Positions 42,728-51,237 of a stretch of DNA of 64,000 bases are shown here, piece after piece. Source of the DNA: an uncultured Acidobacteriota bacterium (GTDB lineage Bacteria; Actinomycetota; Acidimicrobiia; Spongiisociales; ZC4RG35). Location: positions 64,001-128,000 of the forward strand of contig CAWHEU010000002.1 of NCBI GenBank assembly GCA_963828465.1. Direction: 5' to 3'. Both the position numbers and the translations under genes were made by a program. A model generated the notes under the pieces. That model ran no database searches and was not told where the DNA came from. It worked only from the letters and a program-made list of their open reading frames with translations. Every line of letters starts with the position of its first letter. The stretch's first letter is position 1.

Positions 42728-44072
42728 AGTGACTCGAGGAACTCGATCAATTCCGAGCGTTGCTCCGGGCTGAGATCGACGAAGGCCTGCTTCGATGCCT
42801 CCGCTTCTCCTCCATGCCAGAGGATCGCCTCCTCCAGCGAGCGGGCCCGCCCGTCGTGCAGGAAGTTGAGGTTGCCGTTGACCGTCTCGGTCAGTCCGAT
42901 GCCCCATAGGGGCGGGGTTCGCCACTCCGAGCCCGTGGCCTCGCCGTCGGGTCGGCCGTCGGCGAGATCAGGTCCCATGTCGTGGAGCAGCAGGTCGGTG
43001 AATGGGTAGATCTCCTGGTCGGCGAGCGCCTCGATGTCGGACGAGCCGGTTTCCTGCCGTGGTTGATGACATGACACACAGCCGGCCTCTTCGAACAGTG
43101 ACGCGCCGGCCACCACACCTGGCTCGTCGAGGTTGCGCCGGGCCGGCACCGCGAGCGTCCGGTTGTAGAAGACCACCTGGTCGAAGAGGTCCTGTGTGAT
43201 CTCTGGTGAGCCACCGTTGATTGCCGATGCGCACTCGACCTGAGTCGGGGTGCAGTTGTCCGCGGGGAAGAGGGGCGAGGTGATGCCGATGTCACCGATG
43301 AAGGCGGCGGCCACCTGTTGTTCCACGGTCGGGACGTTTGCCTTCCACCCAAAGCGGCCCAGCGCCGACTCACCGGTGGAGACGTCGAGCACCCGGTTGG
43401 GCCGTCCCGAGATGCCGTCCTCGTCGGCGTCGTCGGGATCGGCCATGGCGAGCACGTCACTCTCCGGGATGGCTTCGAGGAGCCCGGCGCCGAAGACCGG
43501 AGGGGCCAGGCGGGGGGTCAGGATGGTCTCTACCGACACATCGCCGTAGGCGAGGTCCTCGAGCTCGTGGACGGGACGTCTCAGCTGGTAGGTGGATCCG
43601 TCGGGATAAGTCCCGGTCTCCTCGGTGTAGATGGTGCGGACCGACGCTTCCGGCTCGACGCCAAGGATCGCCCGGTCCTGGATCTGGTCTCCGTACACCG
43701 GATCGGGTTCGGCAATGTCGTCGTGGATGGTCGCGATTCTGAAGAGCAGACCCGGCTCATCGCCATCTGCCGACCCTCTCCCGTCGAGGAGATGGCACGA
43801 CGAGCACGATTGGGCGTTGAGCAGCGGCCCGAGACCGTCCCGCACATCGGTCGACGCGGGGGCAGTGACCCAATTCTGGGTGAAGAAGCTGTCACCGACC
43901 TCGAACACCGGCGTTCCTCGTCGGTCAGGTTCCGGGCCGAGTTGCCGAACGCGTTTCGATTCGAGGCGTCGGTGGTGCCCTCGCCCCCGCTCTCGGAAAC
44001 GAGCAGGTCCGAGCTTCCCGAACAGGCGACCGCCATGACGAGAGCGAGCCCGACCAGGGGCCGGGCTCGCAT
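42724..44072 (-). CDS. di-heme oxidoreductase (DHOR) family lipoprotein (frameshift near 43910)
   Basis: Lipobox AVAC, DGLGPLLNAQSCSSCH, GRFGWKA, GCVSCH, PFTDLLLHDMG, WRTPPLWG, LHDGRARSLEEAILWHGGE. Confidence 0.92.
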
Positions 44073-44103
44073 TTCCCACGTCAGGCGCTGCGGTCTCAAG
44101 TCC

Positions 44104-45249
44104 TCAGCTCAGATTCAGGTCCACCTCGAGGGCATCGGCTGCCTCGACGATCGTGTCGGTTTGGTCTTCGAGGCTTACGATCGTGTCGAATATTGCAACA
44201 CGTCCCGGGTCTTCGTCACTGACACCCTCGACGAGGTGCTGATCGAAGGGCGGGGGAATCTCCCCGGCGAGGGCGACACTGACCGCGATCTCGTCGGCCA
44301 GTCGGTCGGCCAGCTCCTGATTGTCGGCGGCGACCAGGTCGTAGATCCCGGGGCCGTCGACCCCGCCGACCTGGCCCAGGTACACGCGCTCGACACCAGA
44401 GGCGTTCCCGATGATGTCATTGGTCGTGTTGTCTGAGAAGCAGGAGTGCTCGTCCTCCTGGGAGCGGGCTTCGTAGGCCACGGTCATCCGCTCGCCGGCC
44501 AACTCTCCCCGACTCATCTCTCCCATTCCGGTCATGATCATGCCCAGCGCCTCTTCCGGGGGTAGAGCGAGGAACTCAACCCGGTAGTTGTCCCCGTCGG
44601 GAGCCCAGGCATCGACCATCTGGCCCAGATGAGTGAGAAGGAGGTCTGACGCCACGGTCAGGTATGCGGCGCGTCGGTCCGCATTTGTCCCGGTCGTGTA
44701 GTCCTCGACGGGCCGGGCCCCGGCTCCGTCTGTGGACAGGTCCTGGCCCCAGAGGAGAAACTCGATGGCGTGCCACCCGGTCGAGATGTTTGCCTCGCCG
44801 CCCTGCTCATTCAGAGAGACCAACAGGTCGGCGTCGATGGTCGGGTACTCGTCGGGCAGATTGATGACGCCGGCATCGGGTGAGCCATCGACGTAGTCGA
44901 TGTAGGCCTCGTCGAGTGGCCATGCGTTCAAGAGCCCTTCGACGCCATTCTCTTCGTTGTCGATCGGCCCACCGTAGAAGCGGAACGCTTCCGTGGGCCC
45001 GTAGTCGTCCCGGGCCGTGAGCCAGGCACCCTGAGCAGCGGCGAAGGTCTCCGCGTTTGGATCGGCGACGAAGGCGTCTATCGCCTCGTCCATCGTTGTG
45101 GCGCTGTCCAGGCTCATCTGATACGACTCGTGGACGAGGTCGGCGTAATTCTCGACCACTTCCGCCCGCATGTCGTCCGATGCACCGGTCCCGCAGGCCA
45201 CCAGGCCCACCGCCATCGCCACCGTCAAGCCAATCAGCCTCGACCTCAT
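44104..45249 (-). CDS. imelysin/IrpA-like iron-regulated lipoprotein
   Basis: Lipobox LVAC, TEAFRF, LNAWPLDEAYIDYV, TGWHAIEFLLWGQD (GxHxxE), GELAGERM, EDEHSCFSDNT. Confidence 0.93.
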   Translation of the reverse strand: MRSRLIGLTVAMAVGLVACGTGASDDMRAEVVENYADLVHESYQMSLDSATTMDEAIDAFVADPNAETFAAAQGAWLTARDDYGPTEAFRFYGGPIDNEENGVEGLLNAWPLDEAYIDYVDGSPDAGVINLPDEYPTIDADLLVSLNEQGGEANISTGWHAIEFLLWGQDLSTDGAGARPVEDYTTGTNADRRAAYLTVASDLLLTHLGQMVDAWAPDGDNYRVEFLALPPEEALGMIMTGMGEMSRGELAGERMTVAYEARSQEDEHSCFSDNTTNDIIGNASGVERVYLGQVGGVDGPGIYDLVAADNQELADRLADEIAVSVALAGEIPPPFDQHLVEGVSDEDPGRVAIFDTIVSLEDQTDTIVEAADALEVDLNLS

Positions 45250-45291
45250 CTCTCCAAGCTCCCACTCCAAGTCGTTAGGTACCGAAAGATA

Positions 45292-45317
45292 ATTTGCACT
45301 ACCCAGGTAGTGCAAAT
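45292..45317. promoter_or_regulatory. perfect palindromic operator between the imelysin operon and ferritin
   Basis: atttgcactacc-ca-ggtagtgcaaat: 12-bp arms, 2-nt spacer, AT-rich, in the divergent promoter region. Confidence 0.75.
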
Positions 45318-45379
45318 ACATCTTCGCCGGACTGTGGTCCGAATATGATCCGGCCGCCACGTCGAGAGAGGATCGCCCC

Positions 45380-45886
45380 ATGAAGCTGAACGAGGAGATG
45401 GAGAACGCGCTGAACGCCCAGGTCACGATGGAACTGGCGTCGGCGGCCTCCTATCTGCAGATGGCGGCCTATTTCTCTCATCAGAACCTGGACGGGATGA
45501 GCCGTTGGATGAGGGCGCAAGCCGAAGAGGAGCGCAGCCACGCCGATCGGTTCCTCGACTTCATCCTCGATCGCGGAGGAAAGGCCGTGATCGGGGAAGT
45601 GGAGGCGCCCCGTGGCGAGTTCAGCGGGGCCGAGGAGGTGTTCGCCACCGCCCTCTCCCAGGAGGAGGCAGTGACCGCGGCGATCCACGACCTCTACCGC
45701 CTCGCCGACAAACTCGGCGACTTGGCCAGCATCCCCTTCCTGCTCGACTTCATCTCCGAGCAGACCGAGGAGGAGGCCATGGTGAGCGCCATCGTCGACC
45801 GACTAGCCCTGGCCGACGGGCAATCAGGGGCGTTGTTCATCCTGGATCACGAGCTGGGGGGGCGGGAGGGCGACCTCGGAGTCTGA
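45380..45886 (+). CDS. ftnA: non-heme ferritin
   Basis: LNAQVTMELASAASYLQMA, QAEEERSHA, ALSQE..VT..I..LY, EQTEEE, LFILDHEL. Confidence 0.9.
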   Translation: MKLNEEMENALNAQVTMELASAASYLQMAAYFSHQNLDGMSRWMRAQAEEERSHADRFLDFILDRGGKAVIGEVEAPRGEFSGAEEVFATALSQEEAVTAAIHDLYRLADKLGDLASIPFLLDFISEQTEEEAMVSAIVDRLALADGQSGALFILDHELGGREGDLGV

Positions 45887-45961
45887 GACCGGGCCTGCCG
45901 ATCCCGGCTCGACTTGCCGAGCTCCTTCATCGCCCGATCCTGAAAGGCATGCTCGGGAAGA

Positions 45962-47059
45962 TCAGGCAGGCGTGATGCAGTCGTCCATGGAGCGAGGTGG
46001 CGCCTCGACCTCGTAGAGCTCGGGCTCGGGCGCGGGGATGGGGTTGTCGTCGGTCACCACGAAGCGGACCAATGCCCGGTACACCCCTTCGGCATAGGCC
46101 TGGCGGAAGGCGTCGGTCATGATGAGCGCTTCCTCGGATGGGTTGGAGATGTAGGCCCCCTCGATGATCGCGGCCGGGACCTCAGAAGTGGCCAGGAGCG
46201 TGTAGTAGTCGTCGCCGTCTTCCTCGACTCGGGCGGTGAGGCTCGACTCGCCGCCTACCCAGTCTGCCTCGAAGCCCTCGAAGGAGCGACGGAGCTCATC
46301 GACGAGGAGGCCGCCGAGTCGGGGCGACTGTTCGTTGTTCGCCGACACGAACGCTCCGGTGCCGGGCCCCTCTGTGTCGGCGGTGGGCTCGGTGTTGTGA
46401 TGGATGGATACGAGTGCTGTCGCCTCCACCGCGTTCCCCAGCTCCGCCCGGAACGTGAGGCCGAGCTCGTAGTCGCCCGCATTCGGGCCGTCCACGGAAC
46501 GGGTTGGGATCGCTGCCGCCGGGGCCTGATACGTGCTGCCGGGGGTGACCGCGCCGGACACCCAGTCGACGTCACGGGCCGAGGACAACAATTCGATGAC
46601 TCGTGACGACACATCGATGTTGACCTCGGCCTCGGTCAGCCCACTCGGGCCGACGGCTCCCAGGTCGGGGGCGCCGTGGCCGGCGTCGATCACGAAAACC
46701 GAGCCTCCCATGTCCTGACTTCTCGAAGTCGGGACGAAGCCGGGCTCCACCTGATCGACCGCGATCCAGCCCGGCCGGTTGCAGTTGTCGAGCACCTCGT
46801 AACCCCCGGCCACCTCCCCGGTCACGGGGAAGATCAGGTTCGCAGCGATCCCCTGACCGGTCTCACCTGCCGAGGGTGAAAGAGTCGCCTCGGCACCGGT
46901 GACCACATAGCCGACACGGCCGTTCTCCACGGGCGCGGTGGTCGTGTTTGTCGCCGGCTCCGCCCCGAATGGGGGGAACGGGATCAAACGCCAGGCAAGC
47001 ACGCCTGCGAACACGCCGAGGACGATGACGAGGACCGCGACCAGTCGGGCAGATCTCAA
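45962..47059 (-). CDS. N-acetylmuramoyl-L-alanine amidase (Amidase_3), membrane anchored
   Basis: IDAGHG, TEAEVN, LVSIHHN, PAAIIEGAYISNPSE, N-terminal TM helix. Start uncertain (TTG 47059). Confidence 0.87.
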   Translation of the reverse strand: MRSARLVAVLVIVLGVFAGVLAWRLIPFPPFGAEPATNTTTAPVENGRVGYVVTGAEATLSPSAGETGQGIAANLIFPVTGEVAGGYEVLDNCNRPGWIAVDQVEPGFVPTSRSQDMGGSVFVIDAGHGAPDLGAVGPSGLTEAEVNIDVSSRVIELLSSARDVDWVSGAVTPGSTYQAPAAAIPTRSVDGPNAGDYELGLTFRAELGNAVEATALVSIHHNTEPTADTEGPGTGAFVSANNEQSPRLGGLLVDELRRSFEGFEADWVGGESSLTARVEEDGDDYYTLLATSEVPAAIIEGAYISNPSEEALIMTDAFRQAYAEGVYRALVRFVVTDDNPIPAPEPELYEVEAPPRSMDDCITPA

Positions 47060-47152
47060 AACAGGTAAGACAGCAGGGTGCGTAGGACACCACAACCTCC
47101 GGCCAACGCAAAACCCGTGTTCGGGACCCGACGAATTGCCTACGGTTGAGAC

Positions 47153-47977
47153 ATGGCGACACTCGATGCCAGGAAGCGAGCCAGCTTGCCCGATAGCGCC
47201 TTTGCCTATGTCGACTCCGCGGGCAATCGGCGGCTGCCGATCAACGACGAGTCGCATGTCCGTAACGCTCTGTCCCGCTTCAATCAGGTCAAGTTCGAGA
47301 GCGAGGAGGCGAGGGAGCGAGCCTTTCGCCGCCTGCTCAAGGCCGCCACCAACTACGGGATCGCCCCGATCGGGTTCATCACCCGCCAGCTTCGCCAGGC
47401 CCGCGGGGCAGATTCCTCCGACCTGCCCTCGGGAGCCGTCACCTTGCTACTCAGCGACATCGAAGGCTCGACCAAGCTGGTCCAGGATCTCGGCGAGGGC
47501 TATTCCTCGGTCCTCGAAGAGGTACGGGCACTCATCCGGGAGACGGTCGGTCGTCACGCTGGATATGAGGTCGATTCGAGGGCCGACGAGTTCTTCGCCG
47601 TGTTTGCCGAGGCTGCCAGCGGAGTCGCCGCGGCCATCGAGATCCAGAGAGGGCTGCAGGATGCGATGTGGCCCGGCGGACATCAGGTGCGTGTCAGGAT
47701 CGGGCTGAACAGCGGGAGCCCGGCGGTCACAGACACCGGGTACGTCGGTCTTCCGGTGCATGTGATGGCCCGCGTGTGCAACGCGGGCCACGGCGGGCAG
47801 GTCTTGCTGACCGAAGCGACCCGGTCCGAGTTGGGTGCGCTCCCAGACGGCATCGAGCTCGATGCCCTCGGCGAATTCGCCCTAGCGGGGCTCCCCGAGC
47901 CCGAGACTCTGTTTCAGGTCAAGACGCACGGACTGATCGAGCAGTTTCCCCCACTGCGAGTCGCGGACCCGGCCTGA
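47153..47977 (+). CDS. DUF6582-like domain fused to a class III adenylate/guanylate cyclase domain
   Basis: N-domain RASLPDSAFAY...RRLPINDESHVRNALSRFNQV; cyclase domain TLLLSDIEGST, ADEFFAVF, VRIGLNSG, VHVMARV, GGQVLL. Confidence 0.85.
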   Translation: MATLDARKRASLPDSAFAYVDSAGNRRLPINDESHVRNALSRFNQVKFESEEARERAFRRLLKAATNYGIAPIGFITRQLRQARGADSSDLPSGAVTLLLSDIEGSTKLVQDLGEGYSSVLEEVRALIRETVGRHAGYEVDSRADEFFAVFAEAASGVAAAIEIQRGLQDAMWPGGHQVRVRIGLNSGSPAVTDTGYVGLPVHVMARVCNAGHGGQVLLTEATRSELGALPDGIELDALGEFALAGLPEPETLFQVKTHGLIEQFPPLRVADPA

Positions 47978-47987
47978 ACAATCGGGT

Positions 47988-48407
47988 CTATAGGGCCCTC
48001 ATCCGGTTGTTGCGGGCGTTGTGCTCCACCTCGGCCAGACCCAATGCCTCGAGGACCGGCGGGACATAGTTGCCGACCCGCCCCCGGAGACCCTTTTTCA
48101 GCCCGTACCAGCCTCCGATCGGGTTGTCGGAGGAGCGGGCCCAGGCCTCGACGGTGCCCTCGGCCGCCGGCTTCTGCTCGTCCGCGTTTCCGAGCGGGAC
48201 CCAATCGCCTTTCTCCTTCAACATGGCGTGCAAGTCCTGGATGATGCGCAGGTCGTAGTGGAGGATGGTGGTCCCGACCGTGCACACCAGGACAGGCGGG
48301 TCCTGGTCCTCGTCGCGATGCATCAGAATCTCCGAGCCGAGGCTCGGCGTCTTCAGCACCCAGGGATCGTCGGCGGTTCCTGTGCCGGTGAAGGGTGCGG
48401 CTGTCAT
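47988..48407 (-). CDS. conserved hypothetical protein (DUF6855-like)
   Basis: GTADDPWVLKTP...LHAMLK..GDW..LG.ADEQK...GTVEAWARS..NPIGGWYGLKKGLRGR...EHNARNNRMRA. Confidence 0.75.
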   Translation of the reverse strand: MTAAPFTGTGTADDPWVLKTPSLGSEILMHRDEDQDPPVLVCTVGTTILHYDLRIIQDLHAMLKEKGDWVPLGNADEQKPAAEGTVEAWARSSDNPIGGWYGLKKGLRGRVGNYVPPVLEALGLAEVEHNARNNRMRAL

Positions 48408-48434
48408 ACCTGCTCCTGTCGGTCGTGGGCGAGG

Positions 48435-50327
48435 CTACCCGACAGGCATCCAGACCCGCATGGTCGAAGGCCCGCGGTTGGCCCAGTCGTGATACGGGGT
48501 GAGGGGTATCACAGCGTTCGAGCTTCCAGACACCACAGGGCCGGGAACCGGCCAAGGACGGTCTTCGAAGGCCACAAGGCTTCCGCCTGCGCTGACCACC
48601 CCGTCGCTCTCCACCAGATCCGAGTCCCGATCGACCCGAACCGTGTCCACCGACTGTTCCCCGGGCAGGTCGACCGATTCGACGCAGAGCACCAGCGGGC
48701 CACGCTCGACAGCCACACAACCTCGGACCGAGTCGACGCGCGGGTCGGGCCAAGTCCACCTTGGCGTCATATCGAGCTCCAGCTCGACCACGTCGTCGAC
48801 GGCGAAGCTCCGCTCGACGACGACCTGGCCCGGTCCGACCTTCTTTCGCTCGCCCCCCACGACGAGCCACGAGTCCGACGACCAGGGCGGGACCCTCAAC
48901 GTCAGGGCCCATGCGGACCCATCGGTCTCGTTCACCCGGACCGAGATCCTCCCCTCAGCCGGGTACATAGTGCTTACGTCGACACTGACCCGTCGCCCGT
49001 TCCCGAGTGTTGTCGAGATCCTGCTGTCCGCGTACTGGTGTATCTGTAGTCCCGAGTCGTCTGTAGTGGCCAGATATGAGGCCAGCGAGGCAAAGGTCCT
49101 GGCGACGTTGGTCGGGCAACATGAGACGGCGAACCAAGGCTCGCGCAGGCTGGAAGCAGCGCGGTTGCTGACGAAGTCGGGTGACGGCACAACCCCGGGG
49201 ACCCGCTGATGCAGAGGGTTGGCGTAGAAAAAGGAGCGACCATCTGGCGCCGGTGAGGTGGCCACCACGTTGTAGAGGGTTCGCTCGGCGAGATCGGCAA
49301 ACCGTGTTTCCCCGGTGGCCAGGAGCAGGCGCCAGGCGAGCATGACCGAGGCGATCCCGGCACAGGTCTCGGAGTAAGCGCGGTCGGGGGGGAGGACGAA
49401 ATCCTCGCCGAACTTCTCGCCATCGTGATGGGACCCCATGCCCCCGGTGAGATAGGTGCGACGCGCCACGGTCCGCTCCCATTGACCGATGATCGATTCG
49501 AGGAGCGCCTCGTCGCCGGTCTCCGCCGCCACATCCACGGCGGACGCCGCCAGGTAGAGCGCCCGGACCGAGTGACCGGTGAACGCGACCTGGTCCCGCA
49601 CCGGGAGGTCGTCCTGGAAGTACGACCGCCCCCAGTGGATGTCGGCGAGGGTCTGATGTCCTCGGCGATCGATGAACAGCGATGCCTGGTGGAGATAGCG
49701 CTCCTCGCCAGTCACCCGCGCCAGCTCGACCAAGCCGAGCTCGATCTCCGGATGGCCGCCGACCCGCTCGACGCCCCCGTCACCGAAGACGTTGCAGACG
49801 TGGTCGGCGACCCGCTTCGCCACTTCCACGAATTCGTCGGCCCGGCCGGTCCGTGCTCGGGCGACAGCGGCCTGCAGCATGTGCCCGTAGCAGTACAGCT
49901 CGTGACCCCACTCCAGGTCGCTGTATCGATCGGGCTGGCCGGGACGACCGAAGACCGTGTTGAGGTAGCCATCTTCTTCCTGGACCGGGGCGATGACTCC
50001 GGTGAGGTCGGTGAAGCGCCGATCCGCGTCGGCCGAGCCTGATCGGCCGACTTCCCAGGCGGCCGCCTCCATCAACTTGTAGACGTCGGAGTCAGTGAAG
50101 ACCACACCATTGCGGTCCTCCGGCAGCCGACCTTCGGCGGCGGCCTGAAAATTGCCCACCCAGCTGAGCCGCTCCATCCACTCGTGACAGTGGCCGATTG
50201 TGGCTTCCGAGTTGACCTCCTGACGGCGACCCCAGAACCCCCCTGTGATCTCCACCTCGGCGAGTCCAAGGGGGCGGAGACGACTCGTGGACGGGACGAC
50301 GGGTCTGCCGTCCATGCTGTCGCTCAT
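48435..50327 (-). CDS. glycoside hydrolase family 127 (beta-L-arabinofuranosidase-like)
   Basis: DSDVYKLMEA, HELYCYGH, GHPEIE, GHSVRALY, YLTGG, YSETCA, SCCP, RGPLVLCVE, PYHDWANRG. Confidence 0.93.
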   Translation of the reverse strand: MSDSMDGRPVVPSTSRLRPLGLAEVEITGGFWGRRQEVNSEATIGHCHEWMERLSWVGNFQAAAEGRLPEDRNGVVFTDSDVYKLMEAAAWEVGRSGSADADRRFTDLTGVIAPVQEEDGYLNTVFGRPGQPDRYSDLEWGHELYCYGHMLQAAVARARTGRADEFVEVAKRVADHVCNVFGDGGVERVGGHPEIELGLVELARVTGEERYLHQASLFIDRRGHQTLADIHWGRSYFQDDLPVRDQVAFTGHSVRALYLAASAVDVAAETGDEALLESIIGQWERTVARRTYLTGGMGSHHDGEKFGEDFVLPPDRAYSETCAGIASVMLAWRLLLATGETRFADLAERTLYNVVATSPAPDGRSFFYANPLHQRVPGVVPSPDFVSNRAASSLREPWFAVSCCPTNVARTFASLASYLATTDDSGLQIHQYADSRISTTLGNGRRVSVDVSTMYPAEGRISVRVNETDGSAWALTLRVPPWSSDSWLVVGGERKKVGPGQVVVERSFAVDDVVELELDMTPRWTWPDPRVDSVRGCVAVERGPLVLCVESVDLPGEQSVDTVRVDRDSDLVESDGVVSAGGSLVAFEDRPWPVPGPVVSGSSNAVIPLTPYHDWANRGPSTMRVWMPVG

Positions 50328-51154
50328 GAGATGTGATCCTTCCAGGCGTGCTTGGGCTCGTAGTCGAGCAACTCGCGGGCTCGACCGATGGCGAGGAGGG
50401 TCTCCCTGGCCTCGACCTCCCGTTTCATCGGAACATCGGGATAGACCTCTGCCATTAGGTCAGCGGAATCACGAGTCATGACCGTGTCCGCGGCGGCGAT
50501 GACGAAGACCTCGGCACCCTCGATATCGGACTCCAATCCGAGATGGATCGCCTCGGCGACGTCGCGGACGTCGACATACCCCCACAGGTTCCATTTCCTG
50601 AGGAGAGGGTCGTCCCAGAACCCAGGGAAGTGCTCGTAGTCGTCGGGCTCCATGATGTTGGAGAAGCGAAGCCCTACAAACGGCAGGCTGGTTCGCCTGG
50701 AGAACTGGGAGGCCATCTCTTCGCCCACCAGTTTGGACAGGGCATAGGAGCTCTCGGGGCGTGGGTCGATCGTCTCGTCGATCGGAGCGAACAAAGGAGG
50801 CGTGTCGAATGGGAGCCCGAGGACGGTCTCACTCGAGGCCCATACGACCCGCTCCGTCGATGCCGCCACCGCGGCGGCGAAGACGTTGAAGGTCGAGACT
50901 GTGTTGATCCGAAACGTCTCGGCCTCGGACCTGATGCCTGGAGCCGGTATCGCGGCCAGATGGACTACCGCATCGGCACCCGTGATGAGCTCCTGGGTCT
51001 GACCGGGATCGGTCAGGTCGGCGACGAGACAGAGGCCGTGGCCGCTTCCGTCGTGCGTCCAATCGATGTTGCGCACGTCGTGACCACGCTCCCGCAGGTC
51101 GCGAACCACCCACCGACCCGTCTTCCCGCTACCACCGGTCACCACGATCTTCAT
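50324..51154 (-). CDS. extended SDR / NAD-dependent epimerase-dehydratase family
   Basis: TGGSGKTG, VVHLAAIP, WASSE, YALSK, LRFSN, YVDVRD. Confidence 0.88.
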   Translation of the reverse strand: MKIVVTGGSGKTGRWVVRDLRERGHDVRNIDWTHDGSGHGLCLVADLTDPGQTQELITGADAVVHLAAIPAPGIRSEAETFRINTVSTFNVFAAAVAASTERVVWASSETVLGLPFDTPPLFAPIDETIDPRPESSYALSKLVGEEMASQFSRRTSLPFVGLRFSNIMEPDDYEHFPGFWDDPLLRKWNLWGYVDVRDVAEAIHLGLESDIEGAEVFVIAAADTVMTRDSADLMAEVYPDVPMKREVEARETLLAIGRARELLDYEPKHAWKDHIS

Positions 51155-51237
51155 CGCCTGCTCCGTCCAGGAATGGTCATGAAATCGTATGCTACATTGC
51201 CTTTTTCGCCTTCGAACCGCCGAGAGTGGAGCCGTTT

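Noticed and set aside
47153-48407. Cyclase plus DUF6855-like gene as a Pycsar/CBASS-type defence operon
   Set aside because: The genes are convergent, the second follows the GH127 operon, and no TM/TIR/cNMP-binding effector or defence-island context is visible.
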